Positions 7,359 to 15,193 of a stretch of DNA of 38,526 bases are shown piece after piece. The DNA is from Thermoplasmatota archaeon (lineage in GTDB: Archaea; Thermoplasmatota; E2; DHVEG-1), in contig JARYMC010000001.1 in the NCBI GenBank assembly GCA_029907305.1, positions 1 through 38,526 on the forward strand, read 5' to 3'. Both the position numbers and the translations under genes were made by a program. The notes beneath the pieces were generated by a model that saw only the letters and a list, made by a program, of their open reading frames with translations, made no database searches and was not told the origin of the DNA. Every line of letters begins with the position of its first letter. Positions within the stretch are counted from its first letter, which is position 1.

Positions 7359-9761
7359 ATGCGGATGCGTTACATAAGAGGAAATAAAAAAGTAAAAAAA
7401 ATCGTTTTCAAACAGGAGGAATCTGTCTTGAAAAAAGACAGAGAAAAACCATTCAAAAAAACATCATCCTCCTCAAAAATAGATGAAAAAAAACTATTAG
7501 AAATAGAAAAAAAGATAGACGAAACCATAACAAAAAACAAAGAAACAACAGCTGAAAAAAACCTTGTAGAAAGATACTCATTCAAAAACAAACAAGGAGA
7601 AGCCATATATTTCCTAAAAGAGAAAAAAAACAATAACACTGAATCTAAAGATCTAAAAGAAGATGAAAAAGAATTTATAGAAGAACAACCAACCAATCAT
7701 AAAAACCAGGAAACAAACGGTTCTATAGATAAAAAAATAGATGAAATAATTTTTTCAAAATATGATGATAAAACAGGGGAGATAAAAACAGAAAACAGCG
7801 GAATTAAGAAAAAAGAAATCCTTTTAGAAAAGAACAAAACTGTAGACAAAAAAACAAAAAAAGAGAAAACTGCTAAAAATAGAAAATTAAGACTAAGAAT
7901 AGGAAAAAAAACCTTAAAACCAGATGAATTACCAGAAGAAGAATACGATGAAACTGAACCGCAAACTGATACTAACCTGTTGGATTCATCTGAAAAAGAT
8001 GATTTAAGTTTAACAGACATTTTGACGGCAAATGTTCAAGAAAATGGTTTAGAACATGTTTTTTTTGATGAGGTGGATATAAGTTTTGGTGGATGGAGCC
8101 CGAGGATAACTGATCAAGAAAAAAAGGATCTAGCATTGCCTTTCCAGGCTAAACCAGAGATTAAAAACGAGAACATGGTTGAGGCTGAGATACCAAAGGA
8201 ACTGTTCAAAGACAAATCCATGATAATTAAGGAGCTTGGTTTAAAAGAAAACGAATGGGAGGAGCTAGAGTTTTATCCACTAAAAGAGCCGTTTGCTTAT
8301 GTAGAAATATTACGTGAAAAAGAAAGCCTTGATAAACGCTATTTTTTAGTTGAAGTTGATTTAGATGAAGAAGAACAAAGGCTGGTAAAATTTATCACAG
8401 AAACCCTAACTACTTTATCAATAAATTATTTAGAGATGCAGTCAACTGGTGATGAGAAGTATCTGGTAAATAAAGTGGATGAGGTTATCAAAGAGTATGG
8501 TCTTAAAATAAGAGATGAGTCTAAAAAAAAGATATTGTATTATATCGAAAAAAGTTCTCTAGGGCTTGATAAAATAGATCCACTTATGAGGGATCCTAAC
8601 ATTGAGGACATATCATGTGATGGAGCTAACATACCAATCTTTTTGTATCATAGGAAGTATGGTTCACTTAAGAGCAATATTGATTTTAAAAGTGAGGATG
8701 AGCTTTCTTCTTTTATTTTTAAGCTTGCTCAGAAATGTGGTAAACACATAAGCATAGCGGAACCCATGCTGGATGCAACAATGCCAGATGGCTCAAGGAT
8801 ACAGATGACGCTTAGCGATGAGATCACTGCTAAGGGTTCAACGTTTACAATCAGGAAGTTTAGGGAAAACCCGTTCTCGCCACCTGATCTGGTTGAGTTT
8901 AACACGATGTCATCAGAGATGCTAGCTTATATGTGGCTTGCTGTTGAAAACGGTGTTAACACACTCATAGCAGGTGGAACAGCCAGTGGCAAAACCACTG
9001 TACTAAACGCACTCTCACTGTTTATCCCACGAGAATCAAAAATAGTAAGCATAGAAGAAACACGTGAAATCAACCTACCACACCCCAACTGGATACCAGG
9101 AGTAGCAAGAACAGGATTCGGAGAAATCGTACAAGACAAAATGGTCGGAGAAATAGACATGTACGACCTAATGAAAGCAGCACTAAGACAGAGACCAGAA
9201 TACATAATAGTAGGAGAAATCAGAGGAAAAGAAGCATACGTACTATTCCAAGCAATGGCAACAGGACACGCAACATACTCAACAGTACACGCAGACTCAG
9301 CTAAATCACTTATACACAGGCTTGAGGGTAAACCCATTGAGATACCTAGGATTATGTTACAGTCGCTTGATATTGTAACCATTCATATAACCACGCGTGT
9401 TAAAGGTAAACGTGTTAGGAGATGCAAGCAGATCATTGAGATAATAGACATAGATCCTACGACAAAAGAGATTCTTACAAACGAGGCTTTCCACTGGGAT
9501 CCTGTTGAGGACAAGTTCATCTACACTGGTAAAAGCTATGTTTTAGAGGGTATACGGGCCCGCTGGGATATGAACAAAGAGGAGATTGTTAATGAGCTTA
9601 GAAAAAGAGCTGAGATCCTAGAGTGGATGCGTGAAAAAAATGTTAGGACATTCAAAGAAGTAGCAAGGGTTATATCAAAGTATGCTGAAAACCCTGAAGA
9701 GGTTATGAAATTAGTTAAACAAAAAAAAGATGAAAACGTGATAAAAGATGCCTCTAACTAA
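7359..9761 (+). CDS. Type IV filament/secretion ATPase (FlaI/TadA/VirB11 superfamily) with a long Lys/Glu-rich N-terminal extension
   Basis: Walker A 'GGTASGKTT' (8974-9000), 'SIEETREI', Walker B-like 'PEYIIVGEIRGKEA', and 'GHATYSTVHA'. The first ~300 aa are low-complexity K/E/N-rich. Confidence 0.9.
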   Translation: MRMRYIRGNKKVKKIVFKQEESVLKKDREKPFKKTSSSSKIDEKKLLEIEKKIDETITKNKETTAEKNLVERYSFKNKQGEAIYFLKEKKNNNTESKDLKEDEKEFIEEQPTNHKNQETNGSIDKKIDEIIFSKYDDKTGEIKTENSGIKKKEILLEKNKTVDKKTKKEKTAKNRKLRLRIGKKTLKPDELPEEEYDETEPQTDTNLLDSSEKDDLSLTDILTANVQENGLEHVFFDEVDISFGGWSPRITDQEKKDLALPFQAKPEIKNENMVEAEIPKELFKDKSMIIKELGLKENEWEELEFYPLKEPFAYVEILREKESLDKRYFLVEVDLDEEEQRLVKFITETLTTLSINYLEMQSTGDEKYLVNKVDEVIKEYGLKIRDESKKKILYYIEKSSLGLDKIDPLMRDPNIEDISCDGANIPIFLYHRKYGSLKSNIDFKSEDELSSFIFKLAQKCGKHISIAEPMLDATMPDGSRIQMTLSDEITAKGSTFTIRKFRENPFSPPDLVEFNTMSSEMLAYMWLAVENGVNTLIAGGTASGKTTVLNALSLFIPRESKIVSIEETREINLPHPNWIPGVARTGFGEIVQDKMVGEIDMYDLMKAALRQRPEYIIVGEIRGKEAYVLFQAMATGHATYSTVHADSAKSLIHRLEGKPIEIPRIMLQSLDIVTIHITTRVKGKRVRRCKQIIEIIDIDPTTKEILTNEAFHWDPVEDKFIYTGKSYVLEGIRARWDMNKEEIVNELRKRAEILEWMREKNVRTFKEVARVISKYAENPEEVMKLVKQKKDENVIKDASN

Positions 9762-10611
9762 TTACCAGAAAATGTGTTACAGGAGACTAGGTGATGTCGC
9801 GGAAAATGCGGTTACTGAAAAGCTTAAACAAAACCTTGAGAGCGCACACATTGAGATGCGCGCCGGTGCATACCTCTCATATGCATGGGTTAACACCGTA
9901 TTAGCTGGTACAATAGCTGTTTTACTTTATCTTTCTTTTATCATGCTAATTAAAATGGAGCTAGTTATAACCTTGTTACTAGCAATATTCCCAGCTCTTG
10001 CAACTCTCGGTATCTATCTTTATTATATGCATGCACCTGGTTTAAAGGCTAGGGCACGTGGTAAAAAAATCGATTTGCATCTACCTTATGCGCTTAATTT
10101 TATTTCAGCTATGTCATCCGCTGGTATAACGCCTACAGAGATCTTTAAAAGTCTTTCTAAACAGGATATCTATGGTGAGATAAGGGATGAGGCTCTTTGG
10201 ATATACCGTGATGTCAGCCTCTTAGGTAAAGATATCATCTCTGCTATAAAAGCAAACATAAACAGGACTCCCTCTGCTAAGTTCAAAGAGTTTCTACAGG
10301 GTGCTGTTGTAACCGTTCAATCAGGTGGTAGCCTTAAACCATATTTTATGGCAAAGGCTGATCAGTACATGCGTGAAAACAGGTTGGCGCAGAAACAACT
10401 CATAGAAAGTTTAGGGATCATGGCTGAGTGTTATGTTACAGCAGCGGTTGCAGGTATACTGTTGGTTATAATAATTATACCTCTTATGATGATGATATCC
10501 CAAAGTGGTACAGGTCAGTTGATTATTATGAATCTCTTCTCCTTTTTTGTTATACCCCTAATACATGTGGGGTTTGCGGTGGTTATTGCGCTTATGACTA
10601 CGAGGGTGTAA
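9748..10611 (+). CDS. Platform membrane protein, single T2SSF domain (FlaJ/TadB/TadC-like), half 1
   Basis: TM helices flank the cytoplasmic 'LPYALNFISAMSSAGITPTEIFKSL...GKDIISAIKANINRTPSAKFKEFLQGAVVTVQSGGSL'. Overlaps the ATPase stop by 14 nt. Confidence 0.8.
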   Translation: MPLTNYQKMCYRRLGDVAENAVTEKLKQNLESAHIEMRAGAYLSYAWVNTVLAGTIAVLLYLSFIMLIKMELVITLLLAIFPALATLGIYLYYMHAPGLKARARGKKIDLHLPYALNFISAMSSAGITPTEIFKSLSKQDIYGEIRDEALWIYRDVSLLGKDIISAIKANINRTPSAKFKEFLQGAVVTVQSGGSLKPYFMAKADQYMRENRLAQKQLIESLGIMAECYVTAAVAGILLVIIIIPLMMMISQSGTGQLIIMNLFSFFVIPLIHVGFAVVIALMTTRV

Positions 10612-10615
10612 AAAA

Positions 10616-11530
10616 ATGGTTGCGGAAATAAAAAAACCTAGTTTGATAAAAAACCTGATTCTCACAGGGCAGCTTACCAGACTAATAATATACCTATGTG
10701 TGACTATACCTGCTATAATTTTTATTATCTTTGCCCTGTTGGTTCATCTGGGCTTGACGGGCCCACTTGTTATAGGACCTCTACGTATCGGTACATCCTT
10801 GGATTTCATCCTTTTCGCGATCTTCCTTGGCACAGGAACATTTGGTATATATGAATATTTTCATATGCGTAGGGTTCGTAAGATAGATGACAGGTTCCCT
10901 GATTTCGTCCGTGACCTAGCTGAGTCTAGGCGTGCTGGTATGACTTTCACAAAAGCAATCTTGTATGCATCTAAGGGGAACTATGGTGTTTTAACATCTG
11001 AGATAAAAAAGATATCACAGCAGATATCCTGGGGTAGTAGCGTGGAGGAGGCTCTGGCTGCTTTTGCCAAGAGGGTTAACACAAGGTTAATTAGGAGGAT
11101 TATTTCTTTGATTATTGAGGCTAGCCGTAGTGGTGGTAACGTTGCTGATGTGCTTGATGCTGCATCTAGGGATGCAAGGGAGATAAGGTTGTTGGAGCGT
11201 GAGAGAAGATCAAATATGATGTCCTACGTGGCAATAATCTATGTTGGTATGGGTATATTTCTGTTGATAATCGCCATATTATGTGTTACCCTTATCCCTG
11301 CTATGACTGGTGAAGGATCCGCAGCTCTTTCAGCTGCAACAGGTGGAAAAGGGATGATCACAAAAGCAGACATAGTCCCTGTGTTTTTTTATGCTAACCT
11401 TTCTCAGAGTATCGGTATGGGGCTGGTGACAGGTGTTTTTGAGGAGGGGAATGTTGCCTCAGGGATAAAACATGTTTTTATAATGTCTCTGGTGACATGG
11501 GTTGTGTTCAAGTTTGTGATAGGGTTGTAG
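10616..11530 (+). CDS. Platform membrane protein, single T2SSF domain, half 2
   Basis: 'FPDFVRDLAESRRAGMTFTKAI...SWGSSVEEALAAFAKRVNTRLIRRIISLIIEASRSGGNVADVL' plus C-terminal TM helices. Starts 4 nt after the previous stop, in a different frame. Confidence 0.8.
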   Translation: MVAEIKKPSLIKNLILTGQLTRLIIYLCVTIPAIIFIIFALLVHLGLTGPLVIGPLRIGTSLDFILFAIFLGTGTFGIYEYFHMRRVRKIDDRFPDFVRDLAESRRAGMTFTKAILYASKGNYGVLTSEIKKISQQISWGSSVEEALAAFAKRVNTRLIRRIISLIIEASRSGGNVADVLDAASRDAREIRLLERERRSNMMSYVAIIYVGMGIFLLIIAILCVTLIPAMTGEGSAALSAATGGKGMITKADIVPVFFYANLSQSIGMGLVTGVFEEGNVASGIKHVFIMSLVTWVVFKFVIGL

Positions 11531-11538
11531 AGGTTATG

Positions 11539-11579
11539 AAAAAAAAAAATTTGTTTAAATTTTGTCAGAAATGACAAAA
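11539..11579 (+). promoter_or_regulatory. Shared upstream motif AAAAAAAATTTGTTTAA(A/G)TTTGTC plus an 8-bp hairpin
   Basis: 'aaaaaaaaaatttgtttaaattttgtc' recurs at 15110-15133 upstream of the next pilin-like gene. 'ttttgtca-gaaa-tgacaaaa' (11560-11579) is a perfect inverted repeat. Confidence 0.35.
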
Positions 11580-11657
11580 CGTCACGATATGATTAAATAC
11601 TAGTTTAGATAAAGTATAGCGTATTGAGGGGTGTGTTGCACATCTGGTGAAAATGGT

Positions 11658-14600
11658 ATGAAGAAAAATAACAGAGCGGTTTCACCTGTGATCTCAGCTG
11701 TTTTAGCTTTGATGATTGTTACTTCCACGATGACCGCTGTTTTCGTCTGGGGTGTACCATATATTGATCAGATTAACACTGTTACATCCATAGAAAACTC
11801 TTTAAACCAGTTCACCTCATTTATTGATTCTATAGGTGAGTTGACTAATTCCTATGTTAATGATAGTAGAATAAACACGTTAGGTGTTAGTAAGGGTAGT
11901 GTTTCTGCTGGTGTTGACGAAGGAGGAAAAGACAGGGTTGTTGTTACGTATTCATATGATGAGGGTTATGATTTCACTGTATCTGGTTTGGATACCTGTT
12001 TTTTAGCTGGGACAAAGGTTTTGATGGCAGATGAGTCTTATAAGAACATTGAAGAGATAAATATTGGTGACATGGTTTTATCATATGATGAACATCTTGG
12101 CAGGGTTGTTTCCTGTAGGGTAGTTAATGTTTTTGCTCATCATCCTAGTGAGATGGGTGATTATTATCTTGTAATAAATGATGGTTTGAGGGTTACTCCT
12201 AATCATAGGTTTTATTCTAATGGTAGATGGGTTTATGCCGGTAATCTAAGAGTCGGGGACCCGTTGTTTGGTAAGGATATGGGTTCTAACTATCAGGTTG
12301 TTTCTATTAAAAAAATATATGAGCGGGAGCAGAGTTTTGATTTAGAAGTTGAAGGTTGTCATACGTATTTTGTATCAGTTGGTGGTGTTGATGTTCTTGT
12401 GCATAATGATGATGTGCAATCCCCTGAAAATAAATTGGTTCTATACCCTGAAAAGGATACACATATTAGGGAATTTCACAACACTAAAACTGGTGAAGAT
12501 CATCGGTACCTAAATTTTGGTGGATCTCCAAAACTTAGTGTAGATCTACTCGCTGATCTATTTGGGATATTTTTGGGGAGAGAACATATTCTCATTAAAT
12601 TTGATCTAACAAGCATCCCGATTGGTTCAACCATAGTATCCGCGAAATTAGGCTTATATTATTACGAGTGGGGATATAAAAATTTGTGGTATGATAATCC
12701 TTCCGGTAAAAAACTTGAATGCCATAGGTTAAAGCGTGATTGGAAGGAAGGAAATGGACCGGATGAAGGGATAAGAGGGAACGCAAATTGGTTTAATTCA
12801 ACAGATGATGAAAAGTGGGATATCCTGGGAGGGGACTACGATAATGCTGTTACAGCCTCTGCAGAAATGCCAAACATAGGTAAGGATCCCCCTTATGATC
12901 CTGCATGGATTTATTTGGATGTAAAAAGCGATGTAATAAAATTTTTAAATGACGCACCAAATCATGGGTGGCTACTAAAATATGAAGATCCCCAATATGG
13001 AGTTATTCGGAGTTTTTTAGCTAATTTTACCTCAAATGAAACCACTGTTCAAGATCCGAATACTGGTGATATCGCGAGACCAAAACTAGAAATCATATAC
13101 CTGAAAACAGAAACACTTGGTGCAACCAATGTCCAGAAAAACCGTGCTACTCTTAAGGGCAAAGTAGTCTCATATGGTAATGGTTGTAAATATGGTTTTT
13201 ATTATAGAAAATATGGTACTGACAACTGGTTTTTTACAGGATGGCCAAACATAAATATGACGACAAATGGAGAATTCAGCAAACCTATACAAGGGCTTTC
13301 ACCTGGGTGTCTGTATGAGTACCGTGCGAGCATAAAATGCACATACCAATCCACTGATTACATAAATAACGGGTCTATCATGTATTTCCTTACACCTGGG
13401 GAGATAACCAATTTTAATGCAACTGCTGTTACACCTAGGGATATAATTCTTAAATGGGATCTAGTTGATAACGCAAAGGGGGCATACATTGAATGGTTTA
13501 CAACCCCACCGCCAAGCCCATGGAATCCAGAGCCTTATAACCAAAGCCGTAACAAGGTAGGCATAGATGGTTATTGCGAGGGTGAAAGTTTTCAACATAC
13601 TGGTCTAACACCAAGGACAACCTATTATTACAAGGCATGGGCATATGCTCGTAATAGTGGTTGGATATCAAATGGTAGTGCAACTGCTCCATTTGGAAAC
13701 ACATGTACTAAAGAGGAGGAAACATTTGATGCACCAATCATTTTTACTTATCCGTCACCAAATGTGAATCGTTCAAGGGATGCGACACTAAGAGGACTTC
13801 TCACACATACTACAACTGGAGAAAACTGTATGGTTTGGTTTGATTATGGTCTAACCCCAGCATGTGGCACTGCATCCAAAGACCGTGATTGGACAAATGG
13901 AACTGGTACGTATGATTTTAATATAACCATTGATGGGTTAAAACCAGGTACAAAATACTATTACCGCGCAGTATACGAAGCCGTATACGGAGGAGGCTAT
14001 AAATGTAGATATAGAGACCCAAATATCTCTAGTTTTACAACTCTTATAAACGACTTGGAGGTTGTTTCACCTCAATATAGTGACAGCTGGATAAAAGGGA
14101 TCACCCATAAAATAGAATGGTACTATGGACCAAAGTTAAAAGGTACTAACGTAACTATTGAGTTATATATAGGAAAAGATCCTTGTTATGGAGCAATAGA
14201 TGGGTATGATTACGTGGAGCTGCCCATAAACTATAGTGGAACCGATAAAAACGGGTCATTTAACTGGGTTATACCAAAGAATCTATCCAGTGGTAAATTC
14301 ATCTATAGGATAAAGATAACTAGTGTTTTTGACCAGAATATATATGATTACAGTGATTATTTTTCAATAAGAGATATACATGAAGGAATAGTGTGGAATA
14401 GAACAATAACACCAACACACGAAGGAGACAACAGATATCGGGTTAACTGTGGGTCATCTAGTTGTGAGGGAGATGAATCTTTTAATATCACAATGATAAA
14501 AGGTATTTTAACTAGAGCCGAGGTATACGGGCTTTATTACGGGGGAGAACTATGTGATTGCTCGTTCAGAGGAACAGTACAAATAGACCTATATAACGAT

Positions 14601-15068
14601 AGTTATTGTTTTGGTAGCATCATCCTCCTGGATTCTGATTCCTTAACCTACGAATCTCCATCTAGTAGCGGAACCTATATTTCAACAATTGAAAACGGCG
14701 GGCTTTTATATTCTGATCCCAACATAAATAAATATCTGAAAAAAACACCACCTATTTATGCTGGTGGAGGTGTTTTTTCAATGCATGCGATACAAATTGT
14801 TGCATCACCTTTTTCAGCAGGGGGAAGCAATGGTTTTAGGATCAGGGTAAAAACCGTTGTTAACGTAAACAGTATAAGAGAAAAGGATTATGTTTATAAT
14901 CTTAGACTACAGTTTTATGGTGACAACTCTGATTTGTGGTTAAAATATTTCAGGATTAACTACCCTGTTTTTGAGAGGCAGGGTGACACATTGTTTTATA
15001 CCTCTTCTTCTACATCTAAACTGTGGTTTGTGTTTTCACATACCGCGATTCAGATCAGTTTTGTATGA
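11658..15068 (+). CDS. Giant pilin-like surface protein: class III signal peptide, Hint domain, DNRLRE-like, FN3-like and Kre9/KNH-like modules, pilin-like C-terminal domain
   Basis: The ATG at 11658 is preceded by GGTGA (11646-11650). The track ORF starts at the GTG at 11631. N-terminus is 'MKKNNRAVSPVISAVLALMIVTSTMTAVFVWG'. Other motifs are 'ILIKFDLTSIPIGSTIVSAKLGLYYY' and FN3-like 'GLTPRTTYYYKAWAY' and 'GLKPGTKYYYRAVYE'. The N- and C-terminal ends resemble ORF 15194. Confidence 0.8.
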   Translation: MKKNNRAVSPVISAVLALMIVTSTMTAVFVWGVPYIDQINTVTSIENSLNQFTSFIDSIGELTNSYVNDSRINTLGVSKGSVSAGVDEGGKDRVVVTYSYDEGYDFTVSGLDTCFLAGTKVLMADESYKNIEEINIGDMVLSYDEHLGRVVSCRVVNVFAHHPSEMGDYYLVINDGLRVTPNHRFYSNGRWVYAGNLRVGDPLFGKDMGSNYQVVSIKKIYEREQSFDLEVEGCHTYFVSVGGVDVLVHNDDVQSPENKLVLYPEKDTHIREFHNTKTGEDHRYLNFGGSPKLSVDLLADLFGIFLGREHILIKFDLTSIPIGSTIVSAKLGLYYYEWGYKNLWYDNPSGKKLECHRLKRDWKEGNGPDEGIRGNANWFNSTDDEKWDILGGDYDNAVTASAEMPNIGKDPPYDPAWIYLDVKSDVIKFLNDAPNHGWLLKYEDPQYGVIRSFLANFTSNETTVQDPNTGDIARPKLEIIYLKTETLGATNVQKNRATLKGKVVSYGNGCKYGFYYRKYGTDNWFFTGWPNINMTTNGEFSKPIQGLSPGCLYEYRASIKCTYQSTDYINNGSIMYFLTPGEITNFNATAVTPRDIILKWDLVDNAKGAYIEWFTTPPPSPWNPEPYNQSRNKVGIDGYCEGESFQHTGLTPRTTYYYKAWAYARNSGWISNGSATAPFGNTCTKEEETFDAPIIFTYPSPNVNRSRDATLRGLLTHTTTGENCMVWFDYGLTPACGTASKDRDWTNGTGTYDFNITIDGLKPGTKYYYRAVYEAVYGGGYKCRYRDPNISSFTTLINDLEVVSPQYSDSWIKGITHKIEWYYGPKLKGTNVTIELYIGKDPCYGAIDGYDYVELPINYSGTDKNGSFNWVIPKNLSSGKFIYRIKITSVFDQNIYDYSDYFSIRDIHEGIVWNRTITPTHEGDNRYRVNCGSSSCEGDESFNITMIKGILTRAEVYGLYYGGELCDCSFRGTVQIDLYNDSYCFGSIILLDSDSLTYESPSSSGTYISTIENGGLLYSDPNINKYLKKTPPIYAGGGVFSMHAIQIVASPFSAGGSNGFRIRVKTVVNVNSIREKDYVYNLRLQFYGDNSDLWLKYFRINYPVFERQGDTLFYTSSSTSKLWFVFSHTAIQISFV
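11997..12407 (+). other. Hint (Hedgehog/intein-like) domain, copy 1, 137 aa
   Basis: Starts at Cys ('CFLAGTKVLMADESY'), has block B 'VTPNHRF', and ends 'GVDVLVHN'. The next residue is Asp (12408-12410). No endonuclease insert. Confidence 0.75.
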
Positions 15069-15109
15069 TGATGCAGATTCTTTGTTTTAATAATATCATA
15101 TTTTTAAAG

Positions 15110-15150
15110 AAAAAAAATTTGTTTAAGTTTGTCTACGTAGTATTTATATA
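15110..15150 (+). promoter_or_regulatory. Shared upstream motif plus TATA-like box for ORF 15194
   Basis: 'aaaaaaaatttgtttaagtttgtc' (15110-15133) is followed by 'tatttatata' (15141-15150), ~45 nt before the ATG. Confidence 0.35.
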
Positions 15151-15193
15151 AGAGAAATAGGATTACTTGTTATAATTTGAGTGGGATAGTTGG

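Noticed and set aside
8927-9382. 151-aa minus-strand ORF, plus similar long antisense ORFs (106-534, 7370-8020, 30558-31133, 33756-34373, 34494-34931, 35300-35672)
   Set aside because: Each lies antisense to a well-supported conserved gene and coincides with strongly strand-skewed composition, which suppresses stop codons on the opposite strand. Their translations are low-complexity with no recognisable motifs.
10428-10631. 67-aa ORF overlapping the end of the first platform gene
   Set aside because: It lies in an alternative frame inside a well-supported membrane-protein gene and has no motif support.
7359-11530. Archaellum (FlaI/FlaJ) operon
   Set aside because: There are no archaellin (FlaB), FlaH, FlaF/G or FlaC/D/E genes. 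The platform protein is split in two, and the downstream prepilin-like ORFs are unlike archaellins.
11997-12407. Canonical self-splicing mini-inteins (this site and 23270-23674)
   Set aside because: The +1 residues are Asp and Pro rather than Cys/Ser/Thr. The hosts are variable surface proteins, not conserved housekeeping proteins. The sequence after the module is not a continuation of the interrupted fold. A BIL/Hedgehog-type cleavage role is more consistent.
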